The notes under the pieces are model-generated. The model did not search any database. It worked only from the letters and a program-made list of their open reading frames with translations, and was not told the origin of the DNA. A stretch of 64,000 bases of DNA from a virus (taxonomy: Duplodnaviria; Heunggongvirae; Uroviricota; Caudoviricetes), in IMG/VR virus record IMGVR_UViG_2778261540_000003. One strand, written 5' to 3'. Of the stretch, positions 31,631 to 44,500 are shown in pieces. Position 1 is the first letter of the stretch, and each line of letters opens with the position of its first letter. A program made the translations under genes and the position numbers.

Positions 31631-32662
31631 ATGTCCAATTTACTGACCGTACACCAAAATTTGCCTGCATTACCGGTCGATGCAACGAGTGATGAGGTTC
31701 GCAAGAACCTGATGGACATGTTCAGGGATCGCCAGGCGTTTTCTGAGCATACCTGGAAAATGCTTCTGTCCGTTTGCCGGTCGTGGGCGGCATGGTGCAA
31801 GTTGAATAACCGGAAATGGTTTCCCGCAGAACCTGAAGATGTTCGCGATTATCTTCTATATCTTCAGGCGCGCGGTCTGGCAGTAAAAACTATCCAGCAA
31901 CATTTGGGCCAGCTAAACATGCTTCATCGTCGGTCCGGGCTGCCACGACCAAGTGACAGCAATGCTGTTTCACTGGTTATGCGGCGGATCCGAAAAGAAA
32001 ACGTTGATGCCGGTGAACGTGCAAAACAGGCTCTAGCGTTCGAACGCACTGATTTCGACCAGGTTCGTTCACTCATGGAAAATAGCGATCGCTGCCAGGA
32101 TATACGTAATCTGGCATTTCTGGGGATTGCTTATAACACCCTGTTACGTATAGCCGAAATTGCCAGGATCAGGGTTAAAGATATCTCACGTACTGACGGT
32201 GGGAGAATGTTAATCCATATTGGCAGAACGAAAACGCTGGTTAGTACCGCAGGTGTAGAGAAGGCACTTAGCCTGGGGGTAACTAAACTGGTCGAGCGAT
32301 GGATTTCCGTCTCTGGTGTAGCTGATGATCCGAATAACTACCTGTTTTGCCGGGTCAGAAAAAATGGTGTTGCCGCGCCATCATCCACCAGCCAGCTATC
32401 AACTCGCGCCTTGGAAGGGATTTTTGAAGCAACTCACCGATTGATTTACGGGGCAAAAGATGACTCTGGTCAGCGATACCTGGCCTGGTCTGGACATAGT
32501 GCCCGTGTCGGTGCCGCGCGAGATATGGCCCGCGCCGGAGTTTCAATACCGGAGATCATGCAAGCTGGTGGCTGGACCAACGTAAATATTGTCATGAACT
32601 ACATTCGTAACCTGGATAGTGAAACGGGGGCAATGGTGCGTCTGCTGGAAGATGGCGACTAG
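31631..32662 (+). CDS. cre: Cre tyrosine recombinase
   Basis: 343 aa matching remembered Cre (MSNLLTVHQNLPALPVDATSDEVRKNLMDMFRDRQAFSEHTWK...). Confidence 0.97.
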   Translation: MSNLLTVHQNLPALPVDATSDEVRKNLMDMFRDRQAFSEHTWKMLLSVCRSWAAWCKLNNRKWFPAEPEDVRDYLLYLQARGLAVKTIQQHLGQLNMLHRRSGLPRPSDSNAVSLVMRRIRKENVDAGERAKQALAFERTDFDQVRSLMENSDRCQDIRNLAFLGIAYNTLLRIAEIARIRVKDISRTDGGRMLIHIGRTKTLVSTAGVEKALSLGVTKLVERWISVSGVADDPNNYLFCRVRKNGVAAPSSTSQLSTRALEGIFEATHRLIYGAKDDSGQRYLAWSGHSARVGAARDMARAGVSIPEIMQAGGWTNVNIVMNYIRNLDSETGAMVRLLEDGD

Positions 32663-32679
32663 CCGTTTATTTACGCTTG

Positions 32680-32696
32680 ATTGCTCTAATTATTTG
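32680..32696 (+). promoter_or_regulatory. C1 operator-like site
   Basis: attgctctaattatttg. Confidence 0.5.
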
Positions 32697-32712
32697 ATAT
32701 TTATGGTGACAC

Positions 32713-33024
32713 ATGCGGAAGGATTTCAAAATAGACGGAAAATATGTGGTGCTGTCTGTAAGCTCTCAAATTCAGTCACCATCTGTCATTGTCACCGTAA
32801 AGTTGAGCGATAGGATGCCTGATATCGACTCGATATCTGTTGCGTTCCCCGTTAAAAGCATGCGGAGTGCTGAACATTTTGTGATGAATGCAACGGAGGA
32901 GGAAGCGCGGCGCGGGCTTACTAGAGTGATGGCGGAATTTGGCGAACTCCTGGGTAAGGTAAACAATGCCCTTTCAATCAGTTCAGCAAGATCCAAAGCG
33001 TTAACAGCTTCCATGATGAAATAA
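32713..33024 (+). CDS. Small protein downstream of cre (cra-like position)
   Basis: 103-aa ORF; positional analogy only. Confidence 0.4.
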   Translation: MRKDFKIDGKYVVLSVSSQIQSPSVIVTVKLSDRMPDIDSISVAFPVKSMRSAEHFVMNATEEEARRGLTRVMAEFGELLGKVNNALSISSARSKALTASMMK

Positions 33025-33154
33025 AAAAGCCTGGCAAGGAGCCAGGCTGCACAAAAGAGCGGGTTTGTATTCCGCATCCAATCAATCAAGAAGGAGTATA
33101 GCACACAGGTACTGAAGTGAAAAAATGTGATTCGCGATAAATAAAATATCTACC

Positions 33155-33184
33155 ATTGCTCTAATTGATTGCTATAATTGAGCC
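33155..33184 (+). promoter_or_regulatory. Tandem C1 operator-like sites upstream of ref
   Basis: attgctctaattgattgctataattg: two overlapping operator-like copies. Confidence 0.55.
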
Positions 33185-33238
33185 GCAGTTTTTGTCAACT
33201 ACGAAGACGTTGCCATTACTTCACTCCTTGACATCATT

Positions 33239-33264
33239 GGCGGCCATTAGGCCGCCTTTTTTTT
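33239..33264 (+). terminator. Hairpin with T8 run in the ref leader
   Basis: ggcggcc atta ggccgcc followed by tttttttt, ending 6 nt before the ref ATG. Confidence 0.45.
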
Positions 33265-33269
33265 GCCAT

Positions 33270-33830
33270 ATGAAAACAATCGAACAAAAACTTGAACAGC
33301 GCCGCGAGTGGCAGAAGGCAGCCAGAGAACGAGCGATCGCTCGGCAACGGGAAAAGTTGGCTGACCCCGCCTGGCGAGAATCGCAATATCAGAAAATGCG
33401 GGATTCTATCGACCGCCGTATCGCTAAACAGAAAGAGCGCCCACCAGCCAGCAAAACGCGGAAAAGTGCGGTAAAAATAAAATCTCGTGGCTTGAAGGGA
33501 CGAACACCGACGGCGGAGGAACGGCGTATAGCCAATGCTCTTGGCGCTCTCCCCTGCATTGCCTGCTATATGCATGGAGTAATATCTGAAGAGGTGTCTC
33601 TGCACCATATCTCCGGTCGTACCGCGCCGGGTTGTCACAAAAAGCAGTTGCCACTTTGTAGATGGCACCACCAGCATGCAGCACCGGCTGAAGTAAGAGA
33701 AAAATACCCCTGGCTGGTCCCTGTTCATGCCGATGGTGTGGTTGGAGGCAAGAAAGAATTCACCTTGCTGAACAAGTCAGAGATGGAGTTACTGGCTGAC
33801 GCCTATGAGATGGCAAACATCATGCACTAA
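33270..33830 (+). CDS. ref: Recombination enhancement function Ref (HNH endonuclease)
   Basis: 186 aa from MKTIEQKLEQ; HNH-type cysteine/histidine motifs (CIACYMHG...HH...CRWHH). Confidence 0.75.
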   Translation: MKTIEQKLEQRREWQKAARERAIARQREKLADPAWRESQYQKMRDSIDRRIAKQKERPPASKTRKSAVKIKSRGLKGRTPTAEERRIANALGALPCIACYMHGVISEEVSLHHISGRTAPGCHKKQLPLCRWHHQHAAPAEVREKYPWLVPVHADGVVGGKKEFTLLNKSEMELLADAYEMANIMH

Positions 33831-33872
33831 TAAATATATTATTTTTAATGATAAATGATTGACAACTGACAA

Positions 33873-34186
33873 GTGACTTCAGTCAGAATCATCACACGCC
33901 CGGTACGGATGGATCCCTTTTCAAATATTCCATGGACGGCACAGTCTGAGTACCGGGCGCTACCTTCAGTTGTATTGCTAAGCCGCCGCTGGTGGCTTTT
34001 CTTTTTTGTAGGGGGCGCTATGGATAAGAAAATATGCGTTGTTTCGATGAGCGTCGGCAAACCGGCGTCAATGACTGCTGCATGGATCAATAACGAGCTG
34101 ATAATGGCTGAGCGGACCAGCTACCCTGAACGCCGCCGCGATATGGAACTCCAGCTGCTGCGCGAATTGCGAGAAAAAGAGGAAAA
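33873..34186 (+). pseudogene. 5' fragment of mat-like gene interrupted by Tn3-family insertion
   Basis: Reading frame continues in-frame across the transposon when one TSD copy and the element are removed. Confidence 0.6.
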
Positions 34187-34224
34187 GGGGTCTGACGCTC
34201 AGTGGAACGAAAACTCACGTTAAG
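34187..34224. repeat. Tn3 terminal inverted repeat (tnpA end)
   Basis: Exact 38-bp IR. Confidence 0.95.
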
Positions 34225-37200
34225 CAACGTTTTCTGCCTCTGACGCCTCTTTTAATGGTCTCAGATGTCCTTTGGTCACCAGTTCTGCCAGCGTGAAGGA
34301 ATAATGGCCGAGCATATTGATATGTCCGTGGCAAAGCGGGGAGAGGCGTGCGATATCTTCATCATTCAGTGTTTCACCCTGCGCCCGGAGATGATCCAGG
34401 GCTGCCTGCATATAAATAGTGTTCCATAACACGACGGCGTTAGTGACCAGCCCCAGTGTGCCCAGTTGATCTTCCTGACCGTCGGTATATCGTTTTCTTA
34501 TCTCACCTTTTTGACCGTGACAGATGGCTCTGGCAACGGCATGGCGACTTTCTCCCCGATTAAGCTGGGTCAGAATGCGCCGGCGGTAATCTTCATCATC
34601 AATATAATTAAGCAGATACAGCGTTTTGTTGATGCGCCCCACTTCAATGATTGCCTGAGTCAGTCCGGAAGGACGTTCACTTTTCAGCAATGAACGGACC
34701 AGCACTGAAACCTGTACTTTGCCCAGCTTCAGGGAGCCAGCGGTCCGGATCATTTCGTCCCACTGAAGGACTATTTTTCGGGGATCTGATTGCCCTCTGG
34801 CAATATCATTCAGCACGCCATAGTCGGCATCATGGTCCATTCGCCAGAAAACCGAAGCACCGGCATCAGCCAGGCGTGGAGAAAACTGGTATCCCAGCAG
34901 CCAGAAAAGGCCAAAGACAAGTTCGCTGGCACCTGCTGTATCGGTCATAATTTCGGTTGGATTCAGCCCGGTCTCCTGTTCCAGAAGACCTTCCAGCACA
35001 AAGATAGAGTCCCTCAGCGTCCCCGGTATAACGATGCCATGAAAGCCGGAATACTGATCGGACACAAAGTTGTACCAGGTGATCCCTCTGTTATTACCAA
35101 AGTATTTGCGGTTCGGTCCGGCATTGATTGTTCTGACTGGCGTAACAAAGCGCATTCCATCTGCAGATGCCACTTCTCCTCCACCCCATATCTGTGCCAG
35201 TGGCAGCGTTGCCTGAAAATCAACCAGTCTGGCATTAGCGCTGGTGATAGTTTCAGCCCGCAGATAGTTCGCTTTTGTCCAGTTCAGCCGGTGTCGGGTC
35301 AGTGCAGGAACATTTGATCTGATCAGTGGTTCCAGACCGATATTGCAGGCTTCAGCCATCAGCACGGCGCTGATGCTGACGGGCAGATCATCAACTCTGG
35401 CACTGGCTTCACTAGCATGGAAAAACTCATCAGCAAATCCGGTATGGGCGTTAATTTCGAGCAGCAACTCCGTTAAATCCACCGGAGGGAGTAGATCACT
35501 GATCATTTTGCTCAGTCGTTTCAGACTGTCCGGCTCATCAAGACTGGCGAGGGGAGAAATTGTCAACCGGGGCTTCGGGCCAGAAACATCGAGTTCGACA
35601 GCCTCATTTTCGCAAAGACGTGCAGCAACCTGTCTGTAACGACTATCAAGCTGATGACCCAGAGATTTTATTGCTTCCTGCGGGTCTGTCGGGTGCCCCA
35701 AAGAACGATAAACCTTAATCCGGTTTGCCTGCCAGTCAGCACCCTGTAGTAATCTTGCACGAGGATCTCCCCACCGGTTACTGCCGGTAACGTAGACATC
35801 CCTCCGCCTCAGACTATCCTGCAGTTTACTGAGAAAGCAGAGCGTGTATCCCCTGCGGGTGATATGTTTTTCCTTGTTAATCACCAGCCGTTTCCATGAC
35901 CGACTGATAATTTCCGTTGGTGCGTCGTCAAAAAACTGCCGCCGTGAGCTGAACTCCCGGCTGAGGTAGTCACAGGCATTCAGAGTGGTAACCCCGGCAG
36001 GTGCGGATGAAAATTTAACGGTATTCAGCAGATGGGGCAGGAAACGACGAACGCGCCCGTACTGCTCCACCATTTCTTCATGAAAATTATCGTCTGAGGG
36101 CCGGGCAATTTCACGGACAAGCGTGATGATTTCAGCCAGCTTTTGCCTTGGGATGTAGCTGAACACCTCAGCACGAATCGATTCGTCCGGTGTTTCTTCT
36201 TTCAGCAGGTACGAACATGCGCTGGCGAGCGCCAATGCAGATTTATCCAGATCCTTCAGCGAGCGGAGCCGTTTTTTCTGCCCAATCTTTCTGGCGTCAC
36301 GGATGATAACGGCCAGCATGGCGTCCAGAACGTCCAATGCATCATCCAGCGCCAGCGTTTCCCATGCAAGGACAAAGGCAACCAGAACCGCCATCCTTTT
36401 CTGCGGTGACATCCTGGCAATATTGAACACCGAAGTCATACCAGCATAACGTGCGAGATTTTTCAGGCGCACAGCCGGGAGTGTACTCAGGTTTTCAGCA
36501 TGCAGGCCAAAATCGTTCAGAGTTTTCCAGCGTTCAATTGCTTCATTAAACGCCGGACCACTGATGGTCACAGGGCCCTTTTTCAGTGATTCCAGTAAAG
36601 ACAGGCGGCTGCAATCAGTTGGCCCCAGCAGCATCTCCAGCTGTGAACGCTGTTCGGCTGACGGTATCAGTGCCAGTTTGTTCCACAGGCGCAACGTCGC
36701 CTTTTCCCTTACCTCTGAAATCAACCGGGTCAGCGTAGTGGCTCCGGGGAGAATAATACGATGTTGCATAAGCCACCCTGTCGCCAGATCGAAAAGCAGG
36801 CCAGGACGTTCGTTGCTTATCCAGCTCCGGGTATATAAAAGACGGGTAAGGCGAAATGTCCAGGGCCAGGCAAATTCACGATACTGATAGTGCTGACGTA
36901 TCAGCGCTGCATGCTCACGGCGGGTATTTTCCCTCTGACCGTATTCTGCAAGAACGGTGATATCACGAATCCCGAGCTGTCTGGCGGTAAAATGCCGGAC
37001 GCCGGAAGGAATATGATTCATATCGGTGAGGAAGGTGCCCAGAAAACGGACACATCCAATTTGCAGGGCAATGCCCAGACGGTTGTGATCACCTCTGCTT
37101 TTTCCGATAAATTCCTTGTCTGCTTCATCAAGGTGAAAATATCGTGCCAGCTGAAGCTCATCCGGTTCACCGGTGAATCTGCCATAGCTTTCAGTCTGCT

Positions 37201-37225
37201 CAGTGGTCAGAAAGTCAACGGGCAT
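34220..37225 (-). CDS. tnpA: Tn3-family transposase TnpA
   Basis: 1001 aa from MPVDFLTTEQ; matches remembered Tn3 TnpA. Confidence 0.95.
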   Translation of the reverse strand: MPVDFLTTEQTESYGRFTGEPDELQLARYFHLDEADKEFIGKSRGDHNRLGIALQIGCVRFLGTFLTDMNHIPSGVRHFTARQLGIRDITVLAEYGQRENTRREHAALIRQHYQYREFAWPWTFRLTRLLYTRSWISNERPGLLFDLATGWLMQHRIILPGATTLTRLISEVREKATLRLWNKLALIPSAEQRSQLEMLLGPTDCSRLSLLESLKKGPVTISGPAFNEAIERWKTLNDFGLHAENLSTLPAVRLKNLARYAGMTSVFNIARMSPQKRMAVLVAFVLAWETLALDDALDVLDAMLAVIIRDARKIGQKKRLRSLKDLDKSALALASACSYLLKEETPDESIRAEVFSYIPRQKLAEIITLVREIARPSDDNFHEEMVEQYGRVRRFLPHLLNTVKFSSAPAGVTTLNACDYLSREFSSRRQFFDDAPTEIISRSWKRLVINKEKHITRRGYTLCFLSKLQDSLRRRDVYVTGSNRWGDPRARLLQGADWQANRIKVYRSLGHPTDPQEAIKSLGHQLDSRYRQVAARLCENEAVELDVSGPKPRLTISPLASLDEPDSLKRLSKMISDLLPPVDLTELLLEINAHTGFADEFFHASEASARVDDLPVSISAVLMAEACNIGLEPLIRSNVPALTRHRLNWTKANYLRAETITSANARLVDFQATLPLAQIWGGGEVASADGMRFVTPVRTINAGPNRKYFGNNRGITWYNFVSDQYSGFHGIVIPGTLRDSIFVLEGLLEQETGLNPTEIMTDTAGASELVFGLFWLLGYQFSPRLADAGASVFWRMDHDADYGVLNDIARGQSDPRKIVLQWDEMIRTAGSLKLGKVQVSVLVRSLLKSERPSGLTQAIIEVGRINKTLYLLNYIDDEDYRRRILTQLNRGESRHAVARAICHGQKGEIRKRYTDGQEDQLGTLGLVTNAVVLWNTIYMQAALDHLRAQGETLNDEDIARLSPLCHGHINMLGHYSFTLAELVTKGHLRPLKEASEAENVA

Positions 37226-37946
<721 letters not shown>

Positions 37947-38116
37947 TACGCCTATTTTTATAGGTTAATGTCATGATAATAATGGTTTCTTAGACGTCAG
38001 GTGGCACTTTTCGGGGAAATGTGCGCGGAACCCCTATTTGTTTATTTTTCTAAATACATTCAAATATGTATCCGCTCATGAGACAATAACCCTGGTAAAT
38101 GCTTCAATAATATTGA

Positions 38117-38989
<873 letters not shown>

Positions 38990-39098
38990 CTGTCAGACCA
39001 AGTTTACTCATATATACTTTAGATTGATTTAAAACTTCATTTTTAATTTAAAAGGATCTAGGTGAAGATCCTTTTTGATAATCTCATGACCAAAATCC

Positions 39099-39136
39099 CT
39101 TAACGTGAGTTTTCGTTCCACTGAGCGTCAGACCCC
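39099..39136. repeat. Tn3 terminal inverted repeat (bla end)
   Basis: Exact reverse complement of the 38-bp IR. Confidence 0.95.
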
Positions 39137-39141
39137 GAAAA

Positions 39142-39616
39142 GGGTTTTATCGTGCTGGTGGAAGAGGAAAACAGCTTTATTACTGGTCGAGTTGGCCAGC
39201 GTGTAAGGTTGCGCGATCCCTTCATGAACGGCAGGCCGGTACTGATTGAAGCAATGCAGATTTACAAGGAGCTGGAACGCCAGAAAGCGATCAAGTTACC
39301 GCGCAAGGAATCCGGCAAATACATCCTCCACCAAAGCATCTTCGATTCCGAACACGATAAAAAAGGCGATGAATTTTTCAACATCAACTGGAGCGAAATA
39401 ACGACAGAGCATGTTCTGACGTTACTATGTTGCTTTGCGACGGAATACAACAACGTTGCCAGCGCCGAGTACATCAGGGCAATGGCTTCTGAAGTGGATA
39501 GTCGTGATGACTCATCGCTGATAGCGTCATATATAAACATCATCAAGAAAACTCAAATTATGGGATGCGCTAGAGTTCCTCAAGGAATACTCACCGGAAA
39601 GAATAATATTCTATAA
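39142..39616 (+). pseudogene. 3' fragment of mat-like gene interrupted by Tn3-family insertion
   Basis: In frame with 33873-34186 after excising the transposon and one TSD copy. Confidence 0.6.
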
Positions 39617-39713
39617 CCTACGAAGGTTATTTGTTACTTTCTGCGTAAACCCACAACTAACCTTCCTAAGTTAAGGAAGGTATTTATCATGAAGTGTAGA
39701 CATAAGCGTATTA

Positions 39714-40754
39714 TTACATGGGCTTAACCACAACCTTTCCGTATATATCAAGTTTTGATTGTAATACGTTGACGTGAGACAATTCTTTATTCGAACTAAC
39801 TTTATCTAAAATTATATTTTTATCTTTTTCAGTCATGTTATACCCTAAGGTAATTTGCTTGAATGCAGAAAAAGGAATTTTCTTTAAGTTAATTTCATGA
39901 TAGTCATGAAAAACATCAGGATACTCATTCAATAGGCAATCATCAATCGATGGAGAGACAATGCTTCCTATTTTTCTCTCGCAATCAGCCAATGGAAAAA
40001 TAATTCTACTTTCATTTTCAGGAAGCCACTCTTCACCTTTTGTATAAAGAAGCCTATTAATAAAAAGCTCGCGAACTGGATCTCGATTTAAGATCCCATG
40101 CAATGTATTATCTTTATTCTTTATATCTATATTCCTCGATGGCGCAGGATAGCCATTAAATCGCACAGCGCCTTTATAATAGGTTACAGATGCTCTATCT
40201 TCTGGATTATAACTAACATCACACGGCCGATATATTTTAAAAAAATCGTGTGTTTCATCGAAAACTACAGCAAACCCCTTTCCTATCGATGCATAATGAG
40301 TCCACATGTGTAGATTGCAATCACTTTTTGATAGAGAGAATACACCAAGATGACAGCTTACGGCTTCTACTAAATAATCGTTAAGGTACGTTACTATTTC
40401 TTGGAGTTTAGATTCATCATATGAATCCATTGAGGTAAAACCTTCATTGATTAACAAGTGTGGAAAATCCTCTCCGTATCGTTTCCCGCAAGGTTTTAAA
40501 TAATACTCTAACTCTTGTATAGATGGGACATAAGATGGATCTCGTTGCATTTTCTTAAATTCATTTCTAGCCCATGCGTAATCGGCTGGTGAAAATTTAT
40601 TAAAAAATGGAAGAAGTCGCGACTCACTCGACGGATCATTAAGATACTTTGGTTGCGTTGCTCTAAAGAAACCATCCTCCAGACAAGATGTTCTAATGTG
40701 CATGCCCGGCCAAGGTTTTTCCATATAACTCTCGCCTATATATTTAACTAACAC
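39714..40754 (-). CDS. AT-rich gene encoding a DUF2971-like protein, candidate defence/accessory gene
   Basis: 346 aa; low GC relative to flanks; motifs YLNDPSSE and HMWTHYASIGKGFAVVFD resemble the DUF2971 signature as remembered; GTG (or ATG 40724) start. Confidence 0.55.
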   Translation of the reverse strand: MLVKYIGESYMEKPWPGMHIRTSCLEDGFFRATQPKYLNDPSSESRLLPFFNKFSPADYAWARNEFKKMQRDPSYVPSIQELEYYLKPCGKRYGEDFPHLLINEGFTSMDSYDESKLQEIVTYLNDYLVEAVSCHLGVFSLSKSDCNLHMWTHYASIGKGFAVVFDETHDFFKIYRPCDVSYNPEDRASVTYYKGAVRFNGYPAPSRNIDIKNKDNTLHGILNRDPVRELFINRLLYTKGEEWLPENESRIIFPLADCERKIGSIVSPSIDDCLLNEYPDVFHDYHEINLKKIPFSAFKQITLGYNMTEKDKNIILDKVSSNKELSHVNVLQSKLDIYGKVVVKPM

Positions 40755-40806
40755 TGTATATCGATCCTGTTGTTTAAGCCCATATCATATGGGCTTTAAA
40801 TGATTA

Positions 40807-41055
40807 TTAATCAGCGTTCAGAAGCAATGCGTTATCTATGATGATCTGCTCCCATTCTTCGAATGCCCGGTCGCGGACGCCCTGGGGAACACTGTTAGTT
40901 TTGAAATCGACGACCGTCCGCCATTTTCCGTCAGGACGGTACATGCGCAGAGCTTTACTTCCCCCTTCCCTGCGCACCTCAACGTTATGCTTATCAGCAA
41001 ACTCTTGCAATGCTCGTAGCGTCCCATGCTTTACTGTGTAGTATCGCTTCTTCAA
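40807..41055 (-). CDS. Small protein downstream of darB (lxc-like position)
   Basis: 82-aa ORF overlapping the stop of the upstream gene; positional analogy to P1 lxc. Confidence 0.4.
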   Translation of the reverse strand: MKKRYYTVKHGTLRALQEFADKHNVEVRREGGSKALRMYRPDGKWRTVVDFKTNSVPQGVRDRAFEEWEQIIIDNALLLNAD

Positions 41056-41492
41056 GTTTTCTCTCCAGCCTGTGCCAAGGCTTCAACTTCCAAATCGTAA
41101 GACTCAAACTCATAGTCCTGGTCGTCAACCTCTTCAGGCACTGGCAGTAAATGCCAGGCTGAGTATATCTGACCATTATCAAAACGCTCCTGGCTGTAGA
41201 GCGTCGCAGCTATGAGCGTCAGCGCCGGGCGGTCATAACGGTAAATTTTGCGAACGTCACGGTCAACGAGACGACCGAAATTACCATAACCGCGCTCCAG
41301 TAATAATTTTTTAATTTCCGGCCAGTATGGGCCATAGCTGCGGTACAGGCGGGGATTTTTCAGTAATCGCCCGCGTAGCCCTGACAGGAAGAAATCAACG
41401 TATTCGTCTTCTGTCTTTCCTAACAACGCTGTACGGAGTACCGCCTCAAGATATGTTTTATTCGGTTTTATTGTATCAGATAGTGTGGCCAT
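41052..41492 (-). CDS. Protein between darB and lxc-like gene (ulx-like position)
   Basis: 146-aa ORF; positional analogy to P1 ulx. Confidence 0.4.
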   Translation of the reverse strand: MATLSDTIKPNKTYLEAVLRTALLGKTEDEYVDFFLSGLRGRLLKNPRLYRSYGPYWPEIKKLLLERGYGNFGRLVDRDVRKIYRYDRPALTLIAATLYSQERFDNGQIYSAWHLLPVPEEVDDQDYEFESYDLEVEALAQAGEKT

Positions 41493-41525
41493 ATTATGCG
41501 ACGCCCGGCGAACCGGGCGCTCCTG

Positions 41526-44500
41526 TTATGCGTATTGTTGGATGACGGCCAGAACGTCCGCCACGTTGTGTTTTGTCTCGATAATCCACCAGTTACCCGG
41601 GAAATCGCTGTTCTTCGCCTTCGCTGGCAGCCAGCGAGCGCCGAATTTCGCCTTGATTGCGTCTTTCGCACGGAAAAGAACGCCTTTCATGCCTGAGGCT
41701 TCCTGAAGCCCAAATACCTCGCCAGCGGCGAATTTTGGTGCGTACATCATCTTCAGGTCGGCGGTGGATACGCGATAATTCAGACCAAGAGACTGAGCTA
41801 TGCTGGTGGCATCACCCTGTATTGATGATAACTCTTCTTGTTTCTCGTTTCTGGCGGCAATCTCTTCCTCCGTGATGTTGCCAAGGGCCAGGTTTATCCG
41901 ATCAGCGTCGGCCTGTTTCTCTTCATCGGTGCGCCCGGCAAGAACCGTGTTAATTCTCTGCAATATCTCCACATGATTCTTGCGCATGCTGAGCAATTCC
42001 GGCGTAACCTCGTTAAGATCCACCAGCCCAAGGATGGCAAGGTCGGAAAACATTGATACCAGGTTGTAGGTCATGCGATAGCTGAGTTGACCATAGGCTG
42101 ATGGCAACTGCACCGCATCCATTTTATAGGCATCCATAAATTTAGAGCCGTCGTTTACGACATCCGCAATTGCCGGTGTGATTTTTCCTGTGGTGGCGGC
42201 CTCCCTGATTGCTGTTACCCACGATTGAGTCAGCGCGGAAACTGCATGATTCAGATTGGCTTTGCGTTCTGCTGCAATGCGCGCGCTTGCAGCGTCCATT
42301 GACTGTTTGATCTCGTCTTTATTGCTGTAAATGCCAATGGTGCCAAACTGTGCTGTGGTGATCTCATAATCTGACGCCCGGAACTCATTGGTACCGAAAA
42401 TGGCATTGGTGACTTCAAGTTCAGAATCCCCGTTACGAGTAGCCCCCTGGCTTGTTTTTTCCGGCATTCTGGCGATCGCATCCGCTATTTTCTCCTGAAT
42501 TGCTTCAGGGGATAGCGTATCTCCGTATGACGCGATTACATCGCCATAATTGGAGCCAAACAGTTCAACCAGGAATGTTTCTGCCGAACGGATCTGGCGG
42601 TTATTCCCTTCCGACATCATACCAAGCACCCATTTTGCAATTGACGACTTCAGCGCGCCGTCACGGCGATCCGGGTAAACCGCATGCTTCAGTGGGTCCG
42701 AATAGGTACCAACAAAATCGATGCTATAGCCTGACTCTGTAGTCTGAACGCCGTATGAGTCAGTGATTTTGATCATGCCGCGCTGCTGGAAACGGTAGAA
42801 ATCGTCACAGGAAATGATGTCGTTAATCCCGGCGATGGAGACGCCACCACTGATTTTCTGCATAACAGCATCTTCATCGGGAGTTACATCAACCTGTTTA
42901 TCCAGCGTCTTCACATCCCAGTTACCCGATTTGGTACCTTTGAAGGTAAAGATAATCTCCACGTCTGCGCGCTGGCTGTCGAAGTCCAGCGACTTAATGC
43001 GAACGATATCACCGGCACAATCGTAGTATTGGCCTACACGCCATGAGCGATCGCCGATAACAAGGAACTCACTCGCATGGTTAACCAGGTCAGGATCAAC
43101 ATCCAGAATGCCTTTATTTATTGCATCCTCCACCAGCGGGCGCAGGCGTTTGATATCCGTCGCGGCCTTCTGAGTACGGTTCAATAATTTCTCATAGCGG
43201 GAGATGGCTTGAGAGATATTAGCCTTGCGCTGAATGGCGCTTTTCAACGACGCGCGATACTGTGCTAACAACGTACGGTCTGTGTGATGGACGCTACCCC
43301 AGCGGGCTTTCCAGTCTGCGTTATCAGCTGCTTTGGCCATTACCGCCTGTTTGAATTTAGCTACCTCGGCGGTGGTCTTTTCAAGTTCCGCTTTGCTTCG
43401 CTCTAATTCAGCGGTAAGTACCTCCACATCCTCGCCAGCTGCGTGCTGCGCCTTGATGTAGTTCTGAAGGTCGATAGTAGCCTGTTCTTTCTGGCGAGCG
43501 CGTTGCGCGGCTTTCGCCTTATCCATTTGAACCTGCATCATTGCCAGACGTTCGCCATCATCCTTAGCGGTATACATCTGCATTTCGATCATATCGTTGG
43601 CGTCGGCGTTCTCCATTTCTGACTTATCTGAACGGAGGATATCGGAGATCCAGCCTGCTTTACGCTTCAGCGTCTTCAGTCGGTATTCATCGAAAGAACC
43701 CTTGCCGCAGTAGTAGTGAACGCGAACGCTTGCACGGTTGGAGCCAACTCGGGCACCGCGACCGTTACGCTGTGCGATACTGGCTGGTGTCCATGGCAAC
43801 GTCAGATGATGGATGTCAGTCGTTCCTCGATGCAGGTTGATACCCACCTCTGCCTTTTTGTTGCAGATGATGATCGGAGTCCGGCCCTCCTGGAAGTCGG
43901 CTGCAATCTTTTCCAGACCGCCCAACGACATTTCATTCTGCTGCGCGATATAGGCGTCATACAGAGCCATTTGCTCGTTGTATTTCGCTATCTGTGCATC
44001 TGTTGGTTCATCCGGTAACTCTTTCGGCGGTTTAACCGCTTTCAGTTTCTTACCGGTTTTACCTGCCTCGGCAACCGTCTGAGCATTCAGGATCCCCACC
44101 TTTGAAGGTTCAAGGTTAAGAGCATTGCAGATAATGCGCTTGAGCTTCTGGTGCTGCGTTTTTTCGTCCGTGAAGATGATTTGCTTACCTTCCGGGAAAA
44201 ACTCCTTCAGCGTGGCGATCAGCTTCACGTATTTGGGCGTAACGGGGTGAGTTACGGTCTGTTCGTCAATGCCAAACTTGGCCAGGCGCTTATTCACTTC
44301 CTGCTCGAACGCTTCCGGAACCTGCAACTGAATAAACTCGCCCTTATCTATCAGGGAGTATTGCGATTGCTGCGTGATTGAATCATCACTGTCGTCGTCT
44401 TCGCTGGTGGCTTGTTTAGGCAAACTGTCCGCCAGCTGCTGCACCGCATCGGCGTACTCCGGCAGGAAACGATAGGTGATCCGGCGATAGTACAGGTCCA

